Positions 18,861-28,513 are shown, numbered from the stretch's first letter. The stretch: 64,000 bases of DNA from an uncultured Planctomycetia bacterium (GCA_963706735.1 CAVPNQ010000096.1:2368-66367), one strand, 5' to 3'. The notes: generated from the sequence alone by a model not told the origin. Numbers and translations: made by a program.

Positions 18861-20180
18861 ATGAAATCGCTTGTCCTGTTCCTGCTTGCCTCGGGCGCGA
18901 CGATCGCGGCCGCGGATCCCCTTCGGTACTCGACGGAGCCGGGAGAACTTGACTCCTGGTCCGCGCACTTTTCGCGCGAGACGATCGTCCGGCGCGGCGG
19001 CTCGGTCGAGAGGTTCCTGTGGGCGCGCGCCGGGATGCAGCGTGCCACCGCGTGCGCGCGCGAGAACGGCCGGACCCTTTTCGCCGTGGAAACTGACCAC
19101 GGGCCCGCCCGCGTTTCCGCCTACACCGTTGACGGCCAGGATCGTGCGCGGGCCGAGGCGGACAGGCTGTCGAGGATGCTGCCTGCCCCTTCGAAGGAAG
19201 TTTCGTTTCTCTGGCTCGACGATCGGGGCCGGGGGGCGCCTGAGCCGCGGGATCCGTCTCTCGAGGAAGCGGTTCTGCGGGCGCTGGACGAGGTCGAGGT
19301 GTTTCCCGAGGGGGACGAAGCCTCGTGGTCGAGGGAGGGACGGTCGGGAGCGGTGGGCTGGAAGGCGGTTTTTGCGCGGACCGGGGGGACGGTGAAAGGG
19401 ACGTTCACGTTCACAACCGCGGAACTCGGCGGTGCGCGCGTGGCGTTCGATGCCGGGACCGCGACGCTGACGATGCTGGGCGGAAGCGTGCGGTCGATTG
19501 AAGGGAAAGCGTCGTGGACGGTGGCGACGAAGGATGGGACCGAGCGCAACGAGATCAAGTTTTCGCTGACGGGAAGCCGCGGGACCGCCATGGCGGCTGC
19601 CGAGGCTTCAGACAGTGCCGCGGACGCCGCTCCGCTCATTTCGGCGCAGGAGGCGTGGCGCGACGGCGAGCGCGATCGCGCGGTCGAGCTCTGGGAAAAG
19701 GCCGCCGCGGATCCCGCGAACCGGTGGGCCTCCTTCGCCCGCGGCCGGGCCGTGGACGCCCGCCGCGAACTCCCGATGCTCGGCCAGGCGGCGCCCGCCC
19801 TCAAGGCGACGGCGTGGATCGGCGCGGCGCCGGAAGCGGGCGAGTGGCAACTCGTGTACTTCTGGGCGACCTGGGCCCCGCGCTGCGAGCCGGAGCTCGC
19901 CGGGCTGGCCGCCCTGCTCAAGGGCCGGACCCGCGTGTCCGGCGCCGGCGTCACGCGCGCAGATTCGCTTCAGTCCGAGGACGTCATCCGCAGCGCCGTC
20001 TCGCGCCTCGCGCTCCCGTTCGGGGTCGCGCTCGACGACGGCAGCCTGACGAAGGCCTTCAAAGTCGAAGCGCTTCCCCGGGTCTTCCTCGTGGATCCCG
20101 ACGGCAGGGTGCGGTTTGAGGGGATGGGGAGCGAAGTGGAGACGCTGAAGTCGGTGATGGACAAGCTCGCGGGGGAGTAG
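18861..20180 (+). CDS. secreted protein with a C-terminal TlpA/redoxin-like thioredoxin fold (single-Cys WAPRC site)
   Basis: ATG at 18861 gives the signal MKSLVLFLLASGATIAAA. The C-terminal WQLVYFWATWAPRCEPEL...ALPRVFLVDPDGRV matches the redoxin fold, but the first Cys of CxxC is replaced by Ala. Confidence 0.7.
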   Translation: MKSLVLFLLASGATIAAADPLRYSTEPGELDSWSAHFSRETIVRRGGSVERFLWARAGMQRATACARENGRTLFAVETDHGPARVSAYTVDGQDRARAEADRLSRMLPAPSKEVSFLWLDDRGRGAPEPRDPSLEEAVLRALDEVEVFPEGDEASWSREGRSGAVGWKAVFARTGGTVKGTFTFTTAELGGARVAFDAGTATLTMLGGSVRSIEGKASWTVATKDGTERNEIKFSLTGSRGTAMAAAEASDSAADAAPLISAQEAWRDGERDRAVELWEKAAADPANRWASFARGRAVDARRELPMLGQAAPALKATAWIGAAPEAGEWQLVYFWATWAPRCEPELAGLAALLKGRTRVSGAGVTRADSLQSEDVIRSAVSRLALPFGVALDDGSLTKAFKVEALPRVFLVDPDGRVRFEGMGSEVETLKSVMDKLAGE

Positions 20181-20189
20181 GGGTGCGTG

Positions 20190-20434
20190 GCCGGAATTGC
20201 AGTGGCGTCTGAGAGAGACTTGACGCGAGCCATGGCCTCGAAAAGGCAAACTCAAAACCGCGAAACGCAAAGCCAAACGCCAAACGCAAAACAGCAAACA
20301 AGATACACGTGTGACGCCATTCTGCAGGCCATTCGACGACGTTGCCGGACTTGTCGTTTGCCGTTTGTCGTTTGCTTGAGGGTTCTCTGTTTTGCCTTTG
20401 CCGTTTCCCCTCCCGGCCACCCTGCAATTCCGGC
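20190..20434. repeat. imperfect palindrome of about 245 bp with 13-bp terminal inverted repeats (MITE-/REP-like)
   Basis: Terminal arms gccggaattgcag (20190-20202) and ctgcaattccggc (20422-20434). The internal C/A-rich arm (caaacgccaaacgcaaaacagcaaac) faces a G/T-rich arm (gtttgccgtttgtcgtttgc). It begins 10 nt after the stop at 20180. Confidence 0.75.
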
Positions 20435-20647
20435 TATGCACCCGGGGAGTAGGCCCCGCACACTTCGTTCATGTCTGCCCCGGCCCCGTCCACGGCTGCA
20501 CGCGTTTCGGCCTTTCCCGCCCGGCGGTCGCGGCGCGCGTAACTCCTTTTGCCCTTTAGTCTTCCTCTGCGCGGCGCTACGATCCTGCGGGTCGGGGTTG
20601 CGGGCACCTTGTTTGCGCTCTTCTGCTGTCACTGTCGGAGAAACCCT

Positions 20648-22045
20648 ATGCGCACCCTGCTCCTGTCGATCGTGCTGGCGGCCGTGGCGGCCGCCGAGAA
20701 CCGCGTGACGGTCGTCGCCATCGACGACCAGATCGGTCCGTCGACCGTTTATCTCGTGAAGCGATCGCTGGAGGCGGCGAAGGCGGACGGTTCGACGCTT
20801 GTGGTGTTCGAGATCAACACGCCCGGCGGGCGCGTGGACTCGGCGCTGGACATCACGGACCTGATCGAGCGGTCCGGGTTGCCGACGGCCGCGTACGTCA
20901 AGGCGGGCAACTTCGGCGGCGCGCAGTCCGCGGGCGCGCTGATCTCGATCGCGTGCGGGCGCATCCTCATGGAACCGAGCGCGACGATCGGAAGCGCGCA
21001 GCCGGTGCAGAGCGACGGCGTCATGGCGAGCGAGAAGGTGATCTCCTGGGTGGCCGCGCAGTTCCGCGCGAAGGCGGAGAAGCGCGGGCTGCCGGCGCTG
21101 GTCGCCATGGGGATGGTCGATCCCGACCTCGAGATTCGCGAAATCGAGATCGAAGGCGCGCCGCGCCTCGTGGACGGGCTCCAGTTCGCCCAGATGGAGC
21201 AGCAGGGAAGCAAGCTCAAGGTCCTGCGCGTGGTGAAGCAGAAGGGCAAGCTCCTGAACCTGACCGCCACCGAGGCGCGCCAGCTCGGCATTTCGTACGC
21301 GACGGTGGACTCCCTGGAAAAGGCCTACGCGGCGCTCGGCACCGTTCCCGGCACCGTCGTGAAGATCTCCAGCAGCTGGAGCGAGACCTTCGTCGCCTTC
21401 ATCACGCAGGGGCTCGTCACCGGCCTCCTGATCGCCCTCGGCTTCATCTTCATCTGGGTCGAGTGCAAGACCCCGGGCGTCGGCGTCCCCGCGCTCCTGG
21501 CGGCGTGCTGCTTCGGCCTCATCTTCTTCGGCCACTACCTCGTCGGACTCGCGCAGGCGACCGAGATCCTGCTCTTCGTCCTCGGCGCGGCTCTTCTCGT
21601 CGCCGAATTCCTCACGCCCGGCTTCGGCGTCGTCGGCGCCTCCGGCCTGCTCCTCATGGTCTGCGGCCTGGTCCTCGCCCTCCAGAGCTTCGTCATCCCC
21701 TCCAACCCCTACCAGTGGAACTCGCTGGTCGGTAACTTCCTCACCCTCACCGCTTCCACCGGCGCGGCCGTCCTCGGCTTCGCCTGCATCGTCCGATTCC
21801 TCCCCAGCACCCCCATGTTCGGGAAGCTGGTGCTGAAGTCGGAAGTGCCGCCTGCGGAGGCGCCGGCCGCGACGGTGCTGGTCGGCCGCGAGGGGCTCGC
21901 GCTCACGCCGCTTCGGCCCTCCGGCAAGGTCGAGGTGGACGGGATGACGGTGGACGTGGTGGCGGAAGGGGAGTTCGTGGACATCGGCTCGAAGATTGCG
22001 GTGGTGAAGGTGGAAGGCCCGAGCGTCGTCGTGAGACGGGTATAG
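20648..22045 (+). CDS. nfeD: NfeD family membrane-bound ClpP-class serine protease
   Basis: Signal peptide, ClpP-like N-domain (VVAIDDQIGPSTVYLVKRSLEAA...INTPGGRVDSA), four to five TM helices, and a C-terminal OB-like LRPSGKVEVDGMTVDVVAEGEFV. Confidence 0.8.
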   Translation: MRTLLLSIVLAAVAAAENRVTVVAIDDQIGPSTVYLVKRSLEAAKADGSTLVVFEINTPGGRVDSALDITDLIERSGLPTAAYVKAGNFGGAQSAGALISIACGRILMEPSATIGSAQPVQSDGVMASEKVISWVAAQFRAKAEKRGLPALVAMGMVDPDLEIREIEIEGAPRLVDGLQFAQMEQQGSKLKVLRVVKQKGKLLNLTATEARQLGISYATVDSLEKAYAALGTVPGTVVKISSSWSETFVAFITQGLVTGLLIALGFIFIWVECKTPGVGVPALLAACCFGLIFFGHYLVGLAQATEILLFVLGAALLVAEFLTPGFGVVGASGLLLMVCGLVLALQSFVIPSNPYQWNSLVGNFLTLTASTGAAVLGFACIVRFLPSTPMFGKLVLKSEVPPAEAPAATVLVGREGLALTPLRPSGKVEVDGMTVDVVAEGEFVDIGSKIAVVKVEGPSVVVRRV

Positions 22046-22058
22046 CGGAGCCAAGGCC

Positions 22059-22508
22059 ATGACAATGATCCTGACCATCTACGCGCTGTCGATGCTGCTG
22101 ATCCTGGGCGAGCTCATCATGCCCAGCGCGATCCTCGCGATCGTCGGCACCGGCGGGCTCGTGGGCTCGATCGCGTGGGCCTGGAGGGCCGAAGGCTGGC
22201 CGAACGGGCTCTGGATGCTCGTCGTCGCCGTCGTGATCGTGCCGGCCGCGATCGTGCGGGCGGCGAAGAAACTCACCCTGCAGGCTCAGCTCGAAGGCAC
22301 GGGCGCTGTGCCCGCGCCGGGAATCCTGCCCGGAATGGAAGGACATGCCGCAACGCCGCTTCGGCCCACGGGCGTGGCGATTTTCAACGGACAACGAATG
22401 GACGTCCTGACGAACGGCGAGCCTGTCGATCGCGATGCGGCCATCCGCATCGTGTCGGTCGAGGGAAACCGCGTCGTCGTGGCGCCCGTCGAAAGGAGAA
22501 TCGGATGA
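22059..22508 (+). CDS. short NfeD-like membrane protein (TM region plus C-terminal NfeD OB domain)
   Basis: 149 aa. Two to three TM helices, then [29 protein letters not shown]. Directly precedes floA. Confidence 0.7.
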   Translation: MTMILTIYALSMLLILGELIMPSAILAIVGTGGLVGSIAWAWRAEGWPNGLWMLVVAVVIVPAAIVRAAKKLTLQAQLEGTGAVPAPGILPGMEGHAATPLRPTGVAIFNGQRMDVLTNGEPVDRDAAIRIVSVEGNRVVVAPVERRIG

Positions 22509-23521
22509 ACCCGATCATGCTCGCCGAAGTGCAGCCTCTTCACCTGGTTCTCGGCATGGCCGGGGGAATCGTGCTGCTGGTGTTCCTCATCGTCGTCGCC
22601 AATTTCGGCTTCCTGTACATCCAGGCGATGATGTCGGGAGCGCACGTGGCGCTGTGGGACCTGATCGGGATGCGTCTCCGGAAAGTGGACCCGCGGCTGA
22701 TCGTGATTACGCGGATCACGGCGTCGAAGGCCGGCCTGCCGATCACGACGGACAAGCTGGAAGCGCACTACCTGGCCGGCGGGCACGTCGAGCGGGTGGT
22801 GAACGCGCTGATCGCGGCGAACAAGGCGTCGATCCCGCTGACGTGGGACCGTGCGACGGCGATCGACCTGGCGGGACGCGACGTGCTGGAGGCGGTGCAC
22901 ACGAGCGTTCTTCCGAAGGTGATCGACTGTCCCGACCCGCGGCGAGGGCGCGACACCGTGAGCGCGGTCGCGAAGAACGGCATCGAGCTCAAGGTGAAGG
23001 CGAGGGTGACGGTCCGCACGAACCTCGACCGGCTCATCGGCGGCGCGACGGAAGAAACGATCATCGCGCGAGTCGGCGAAGGCATCGTGACCTCAATCGG
23101 ATCGGCGGAAAATCACCACGCCGTGCTGGAAAACCCGGACCACATTTCGAAGACCGTGCTCCAGAAGGGCCTGGACGCCGGAACGGCGTTCGAGATCCTT
23201 TCGATCGACATCGCGGACATCGACGTCGGCGACAACATCGGCGCGAAGCTTCGCACGGACCAGGCCGAATCGGACAAGAAGGTGGCCCAGGCCGAGGCGG
23301 AAAAGCGGCGAGCGATGGCGGTCGCGGTCGAGCAGGAAATGCAGGCGAAGGCGATGGAAAACCGCGCGGAGGTCATCAAGGCGGAGGCCGAGATTCCGCT
23401 CGCGATCGCGGCCGCTTTCAAGTCCGGCAACATCGGCGTCATGGACTACTACAAGATGAAGAACGTGCAGGCAGATACCGACATGAGGAAAGGCATCGCA
23501 GGGCAGCAGAAGCAGGGGTAG
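22505..23521 (+). CDS. floA: flotillin-like protein FloA (UPF0365/YqfA family, SPFH)
   Basis: ATG at 22505 overlaps the upstream TGA. The translation [34 protein letters not shown]...[24 protein letters not shown] is characteristic of FloA. Confidence 0.85.
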   Translation: MNPIMLAEVQPLHLVLGMAGGIVLLVFLIVVANFGFLYIQAMMSGAHVALWDLIGMRLRKVDPRLIVITRITASKAGLPITTDKLEAHYLAGGHVERVVNALIAANKASIPLTWDRATAIDLAGRDVLEAVHTSVLPKVIDCPDPRRGRDTVSAVAKNGIELKVKARVTVRTNLDRLIGGATEETIIARVGEGIVTSIGSAENHHAVLENPDHISKTVLQKGLDAGTAFEILSIDIADIDVGDNIGAKLRTDQAESDKKVAQAEAEKRRAMAVAVEQEMQAKAMENRAEVIKAEAEIPLAIAAAFKSGNIGVMDYYKMKNVQADTDMRKGIAGQQKQG

Positions 23522-23593
23522 TTCAACCGTGAACTCTTGATCGCCGGCGCGGGAAGCGGAACACGCTTCCCGCGCCGGACAGGAATCGAAACC

Positions 23594-24142
23594 ATGGTCA
23601 CCGCCGGCGGCGACGGGCTCATCACGATCCTCTTCTGGGGGGTCGTGTTCGTCGTTGGAGCCTTCGCTTCCGCGGCGAAAAAGAAACGCCAGCAGAGGGA
23701 AGCGCTGGAGACGCAGGAGCAGCTGCGCCGCGTGGACGAGGCGATCCGCAATGCCCGGCAGCGGGCCCCTGCTCCGCACGCGTCGGCCGAGCCGGTTTAC
23801 GCCCAGGCGGTCGCGCTTCCTGAGGTCGTGTACGGCGTCACGCAGTCGGCCCCGCAGGTCCTCGAGGTCGCTTCACCTGCCTTCCGCCCGGCGACGTTTG
23901 CCGCCTCTCCGCAGGCCGTACCCGTCGCACCGGCCTCGCAGTCGGAAGGCCCCGCGCGCCCCGGGGCCTGGGAACTCGCTCGCATGGAGGCCGCCGCGGC
24001 CGGGGCGCCCAAAACCCTTCCGTCCCAGAGCGGACAGGATGACTCGCTGTTCGCACCTCCAACGCTCCGCGAGTTGCGCGAAGCGATCGTCTGGCGCGAG
24101 ATCTTCGGCCGGTGCACGGCCATGAAGGTGCGGTCATGGTGA
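23594..24142 (+). CDS. hypothetical single-pass membrane protein (Pro/Ala-rich)
   Basis: ATG at 23594, TM helix LITILFWGVVFVVGAFA, then a KKKRQQRE stop-transfer. Same strand, directly after floA. Confidence 0.5.
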   Translation: MVTAGGDGLITILFWGVVFVVGAFASAAKKKRQQREALETQEQLRRVDEAIRNARQRAPAPHASAEPVYAQAVALPEVVYGVTQSAPQVLEVASPAFRPATFAASPQAVPVAPASQSEGPARPGAWELARMEAAAAGAPKTLPSQSGQDDSLFAPPTLRELREAIVWREIFGRCTAMKVRSW

Positions 24143-24480
24143 TCGACCTGATCATCCGGCTCATCCAGGAAGCGAATCAGCGCAGCCAGCAGGCGCAGCA
24201 GGAAGCGGTGCGCCAGCGCGCGGCGGCGGAGGGCATCCCGATGGCGATGCCCGCGCAGACCGGGCCGAAGAAAAAGAAGAAGAAAAAGAAGCAGCGCGCG
24301 GAGCAGAGCGTGGAAGGGCCGCAGCGGCCGCGGCAGGCGAAGCGTGCGCCGTCGGCGCAGACGGAGGAGGCGCTCGTCCCTGTGGCCGCCCCGCCGGAGG
24401 CCACGGACCCCCGCCGCCTCTTCATCCTGAGCGAAATCCTGGGGCCGCCCGTCGCGCTTCGCGACGAAGAGGACTATTAG
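24136..24480 (+). CDS. hypothetical small protein with a poly-lysine run
   Basis: ATG at 24136 overlaps the previous stop (ATGGTGA). It contains KKKKKKKK encoded by the aag/aaa run at about 24268-24292. Its C-terminal motif SEILGPPVALR echoes WREIFGR of the previous protein. Confidence 0.45.
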   Translation: MVIDLIIRLIQEANQRSQQAQQEAVRQRAAAEGIPMAMPAQTGPKKKKKKKKQRAEQSVEGPQRPRQAKRAPSAQTEEALVPVAAPPEATDPRRLFILSEILGPPVALRDEEDY

Positions 24481-24534
24481 TCGCCCGCTCGCTCGGGGTT
24501 CGCCTTCCGCCCGCGCACTTGGCACAATCCGGCC

Positions 24535-26427
24535 GTGAGCCTCGCGCTTCTGATGGTCGCGCATGCCGGCCTGTGGATCCTTGCGATCGCGCTGCAGCGG
24601 CGCGTCCCGGCGGAGTCGCGGGCGGGGTCGGTGGCGCTGGCGGGGCTGATCCATGCGGTGCTGGCGAGCGTGCTGGCGCTGGGGCTGGGCCTGTTCGGCG
24701 CGCTGGCGCCGGTGCGGATGACGGTCGCGGGGGCGGCGGCGGGAGCGCTGGGTTTTGCGCTCGGGGGCGCGGCGGCGCTGAAGGAGGCCGGCCGCGCGGC
24801 TGAAGAACTCGTGCGCGGGCTCCGCCAGGAATCGGCCGGGGTCGCGATCCTGCTCGGCGTCTTTGCGCTTTTTCTCGTCTTCCGCCACGCCGTCAACGCG
24901 TGGATCTTCGTGCCGTACACGTTCGACGAGCACGCGTACCACCTGCCGCACCTGGTTTCGTGGGTCCAGACGGGGTCGCTCGCCCGCCCGGCGATGGTGG
25001 ACACCCGCGCGTATTTCCCCGCCGGGATGCAGCTGCTCCAGGCCTGGTGGGTGGTGATCCCGCACCATGATGTCCTCGTGGAAATGGCGTCGCTGGAGAT
25101 GGCGGCACTGGGGGCGGCGGCCACGGCCGCGCTCGCGCGGGCTCTCGGCGCCACGCGCTGCGGCGCGATCCTGGCCGGACTGCTCTGGGCCTGCGCGCCG
25201 ATCGTCCTGGCGCAGGGCTCTTCCGCCATGAACGACGCCGCCGCCGGGTCGCTGGTCCTGGCCGCCGCGGCGTTTCTCGTCCGCCCCGCGAACCCGCACC
25301 GCGCGATCTTCCACGCCTCGCTCGCACTGGCGCTGGGCGCCGGCATCAAGCCGACCGTGTTGTTCGTGGTTCCCGCGCTGGCGATCCTCGCGGTCGTGGC
25401 ATGGCGAAGGGCGAAAGGCGCGGAAGCGGCGCCCGAGGCTGCGCCCCCCCGCGCGTGGTGCCGTGTCTGCGCCGCGTCGCTCGCCGTCTGCGCGGTGGTG
25501 TGCGGTCTCTGGTGGTACGGGCTCAACGCGCGCGACTTCGGAAACCCGTTCTACCCCGTGACGGCAGGCGCTGGCGGCTCGCAGAAGATCAGCCCGATGC
25601 CTGCGACGATGTCGGGCGGCCCCTCCTTCAGCAACCTGTTCGCCAGCCTGCGCGACGTGTTCGGCTCCCGGTATGTTCGTTTCGACCCTCTCGTCACGCC
25701 CGTGGCGGACCGGACGGGATGGGGGTTGCCGATCTCGATCGTGGGGCCGTTCGCGCTGGCCTGGCTGGCCGTGCGCGACCGGCGGTGGCGGCTTCCCGCC
25801 GGCGTGTTCGCGGCCGGGATCGTCCTGACGTACCTCCTGGTCGAGCACGACAAATACAACGCGCGCTTCGTCCTCTGGGCCGCCGCGCTTCCGGCGGCCG
25901 CGCTCGCGACCGTCGTGGCGCGGCTCCCGCGCGGATGGATCGCCGTCGCGCTCGTCGCGTACGCCGCCGGCGCCGACCTCGTGCGCACCTCCGTCCCCGC
26001 CGCGTTCTGGCAGCGCGGCCAGTCGGGAAACCTCCAGGTGGACGAGCCTTTCCTCAAGGACTACCTGCGCATCCCCTGGGAACGCCGCGACGCCCGCTAC
26101 GTCACCCTCGCCCGCTTCGTCGGCGTCCCCGGCGGCCCCGACGAGTTCCTGCGCTGGCAGGCCCGCTACGACGAAAACATGCCCGTCCTCTGCCTCACGG
26201 CGGGCTGGCCTGCCGCCGCCCTCGCCCGCGCTGATTACCGCCGCCGCGTCGAGTTCGCATCCCCGAAATCCGCCGACGACCTCCTCGCCACCCTCCGCGC
26301 CCGCGGGTGCCGCCGCCTCTTCGTCTGGGCCGCCCCCGAGGACGTCCAGCGCGCCGTCGCCGACGCCGTCGCCAACGGATCCCTCCGCCCCATGCACGCC
26401 GGCTGGTTCGAGCGAAGCGGACCGTGA
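24535..26427 (+). CDS. polytopic membrane protein, putative GT-C-type glycosyltransferase (ArnT/PMT-like)
   Basis: 630 aa with at least 10 hydrophobic helices. An early loop Asp/Glu motif (YTFDEHAYHLPH) is followed by a C-terminal soluble domain. Family assignment is by architecture only. Confidence 0.5.
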   Translation: MSLALLMVAHAGLWILAIALQRRVPAESRAGSVALAGLIHAVLASVLALGLGLFGALAPVRMTVAGAAAGALGFALGGAAALKEAGRAAEELVRGLRQESAGVAILLGVFALFLVFRHAVNAWIFVPYTFDEHAYHLPHLVSWVQTGSLARPAMVDTRAYFPAGMQLLQAWWVVIPHHDVLVEMASLEMAALGAAATAALARALGATRCGAILAGLLWACAPIVLAQGSSAMNDAAAGSLVLAAAAFLVRPANPHRAIFHASLALALGAGIKPTVLFVVPALAILAVVAWRRAKGAEAAPEAAPPRAWCRVCAASLAVCAVVCGLWWYGLNARDFGNPFYPVTAGAGGSQKISPMPATMSGGPSFSNLFASLRDVFGSRYVRFDPLVTPVADRTGWGLPISIVGPFALAWLAVRDRRWRLPAGVFAAGIVLTYLLVEHDKYNARFVLWAAALPAAALATVVARLPRGWIAVALVAYAAGADLVRTSVPAAFWQRGQSGNLQVDEPFLKDYLRIPWERRDARYVTLARFVGVPGGPDEFLRWQARYDENMPVLCLTAGWPAAALARADYRRRVEFASPKSADDLLATLRARGCRRLFVWAAPEDVQRAVADAVANGSLRPMHAGWFERSGP

Positions 26428-28130
26428 CCGGCGGACTGTGGGAATCCCAGGAAGCGTTTGCGGGGGCGGAAGGGCCCGCCGCGCGGGTGGCGCTCTCGTG
26501 GGTGCTCGCCGTGTTCGCGCTCGTCCCCGCGATCGTGCTCATCGGCGGCTCGCTCCGGCCGAAGTCCTGCTGGCTCCGGTCGATCGCCCATTTCGTCGCG
26601 CGGCCCCGCTGGGGCGCGCCCCTCGTCGCCGCCCTCGTCGCGCTGCTCATGAGCGGCGCCCTCTCCGCCCGCCACGCCGTCGTCCCGTACATCCACGACG
26701 AGTTCGCGTACCTCCTCCAGGGCGACACCTTCGCCCACGGCCGCCTCGCCAATCCCGCCCCTCCCGCGTGGCAGCACTTCGAGACCTTCCACGTCCTCGT
26801 CCAGCCCACCTGGTCCACGAAATATCCGCCGGGCCAGGGCCTCACGCTCGCCTTCGGCCAGGCAGTCTTCGACGCTCCCATCGCCGGCGTCTGGCTCGCC
26901 TTCGCCGCCGCCTGCGCCGCCGTCGCCTGGGCCGCCCGCGCCTGGCTCGGCCCCCGCTGGGGCCTCGTCGCCGGCCTCATGGCCGCCGTCCACCCCGCCT
27001 TCCATATCTTCAAACCCTTCACCTGGACCCAGTCCTACTGGGGCGGCGGCCTCGCGTTCCTCGGCGGCGCCCTCGTCCTCGGCGCCTGGCGCCGCCTCGA
27101 CCGACGCGCCGCCATCCCCGCCGCCCTCGCACTCGGATGCGGCCTCGCCATCCTCCTCGTCACCCGGCCCTGGGAAGGGGCCATCGCGTCGCTTCCCGTC
27201 GCCGCGGGCCTCATCGCGAACTTCCTCAACAACCCGGCCAACCGCCGTCCCCTCCTGCTCCGCGTCGCCACGCCCGTCGCGCTCGTCCTCCTCCTCACCG
27301 CCGGCGGCATAGCCCGCATTAACGCGGCCGCGACGGGAAGCGCCACCACCATGCCCTACGTTCTCTACGAGCAGCAGTACGCGGCCGCGCCGATCTTCAT
27401 TTTCCAGGAAGCGCCTCCGGCGCGGTGGAACGAGCACCCGCAGATCATCGCGTACCACGGCGGCTGGAGCCGGGCGATCTGGGCGAAGCAGCGGACGCTG
27501 AAGGGGTTTCTCGCTGTGGCGGCGTTCAAGTGCTTCCTGATCTGGAACTTCTATCCCGGGGCGTATATGGCGCTGGTGCCGGGGTTTTTCATGCTGCTGC
27601 GATCGAGGAGGTTCGGGCGGATTTCGCTGGTGATCGTCTTCGGGCTGGTCGCGACGCTCTGCACGTGCTGGACGCAGCCTCACTACGTCGCGCCCTCTGC
27701 GGCCGCCTTCTTCCTGTTCTGCGCCGCCTGCGCGCGCCGGCTGGCCTGCTGCCTCAAGAACCGCCGCGCCGCGCTCTGGCTCGCGGCGGCGGGGCTGCTG
27801 TCGAGCCCCGTCTTCCTGCTGTTCGGCGGGTTCATCCTGCATTCGCGGACGCGCCCTGCGTGGGCAGACCATCGCACGCGGATCGTCGGGAAACTCGAAG
27901 AAACCCCGGGGAACCACCTGGTCCTGGTGAAGTATGCGCCGCTTCACAACATCAATTTCGAGTGGGTCTACAACAGCGCGGACATCCCTTCGCAGAGGAT
28001 CGTCTGGGCGCGTTCGATGGGGGAGGAGAAGGACGCGCGCCTGCTGGAAGCCTATCCCGGCCGCTCGCTGTGGATTCTCGAACCCGACCGCGGAGTGCCG
28101 CAGCTCTCGCCGGCCGGCCGCACGAAATAG
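26424..28130 (+). CDS. second polytopic membrane protein, putative GT-C-type glycosyltransferase
   Basis: GTG at 26424 overlaps the previous TGA (GTGA). The loop motif YIHDEFAYLLQGDTF is analogous to the upstream paralogue. Confidence 0.5.
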   Translation: MTGGLWESQEAFAGAEGPAARVALSWVLAVFALVPAIVLIGGSLRPKSCWLRSIAHFVARPRWGAPLVAALVALLMSGALSARHAVVPYIHDEFAYLLQGDTFAHGRLANPAPPAWQHFETFHVLVQPTWSTKYPPGQGLTLAFGQAVFDAPIAGVWLAFAAACAAVAWAARAWLGPRWGLVAGLMAAVHPAFHIFKPFTWTQSYWGGGLAFLGGALVLGAWRRLDRRAAIPAALALGCGLAILLVTRPWEGAIASLPVAAGLIANFLNNPANRRPLLLRVATPVALVLLLTAGGIARINAAATGSATTMPYVLYEQQYAAAPIFIFQEAPPARWNEHPQIIAYHGGWSRAIWAKQRTLKGFLAVAAFKCFLIWNFYPGAYMALVPGFFMLLRSRRFGRISLVIVFGLVATLCTCWTQPHYVAPSAAAFFLFCAACARRLACCLKNRRAALWLAAAGLLSSPVFLLFGGFILHSRTRPAWADHRTRIVGKLEETPGNHLVLVKYAPLHNINFEWVYNSADIPSQRIVWARSMGEEKDARLLEAYPGRSLWILEPDRGVPQLSPAGRTK

Positions 28131-28137
28131 GAGAGGG

Positions 28138-28509
28138 CTACATCCCGACGCGCCACTTCACGCCGTCGGGAAACGACTCCAGCGCCGCCCCGCCTCTCCC
28201 GCGGCTCACTTCGAAGATCTCCCCCTGCCCCGAGCCGCGCACGATGGAGGTCTCGACGAGAACGCGGAGCCCCCGGGCGCAGAATTGCGCGTACGGCACC
28301 TCCAGGATCGCGGGCGGCTTCACCTTAGCGAGCTTGCCGGCCGAGAACTTCCACGCCCCGGCGCGCTCCCCGGTGCAGTACCCGTGGGTCCAGTCGGCCT
28401 CCGCGTATTCCACGATCGTCCACGCGCGCCGGCTGCGCTTCTTCATCGCGGCCGCGACCGCCCGGGCGACCGCCGTTCCTCCGTCGTGTTTCGCGCGTGC
28501 CTTGACCAT
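28138..28509 (-). CDS. hypothetical protein
   Basis: 123-aa ORF, last gene of the minus-strand operon. No motif recognised. Confidence 0.4.
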   Translation of the reverse strand: MVKARAKHDGGTAVARAVAAAMKKRSRRAWTIVEYAEADWTHGYCTGERAGAWKFSAGKLAKVKPPAILEVPYAQFCARGLRVLVETSIVRGSGQGEIFEVSRGRGGAALESFPDGVKWRVGM

Positions 28510-28513
28510 GTTT

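Noticed and set aside
20220-20420. Short periodic repeats (caaacg units; also 745-831 and 34604-34643) considered as a CRISPR array.
   Set aside because: The units are 6-14 nt, degenerate and contiguous, with no regular repeat-spacer architecture. No cas genes are nearby.
24268-24292. A-rich aag/aaa run considered as a programmed frameshift or slippery site.
   Set aside because: It simply encodes a poly-Lys tract in the open frame. No alternative frame continues productively downstream.
23797-26397. 866-aa minus-strand ORF. Similar long antisense ORFs occur at 505..1701, 2129..3520, 3553..4860, 8906..10342, 20252..22078, 41876..43858, 52522..54408 and 56615..58030.
   Set aside because: All lie antisense to genes with clear motifs. 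They translate to Arg/Gly/Pro/Ala-rich sequence with no domains and lack SD or start context. These are classic shadow ORFs in high-GC DNA.
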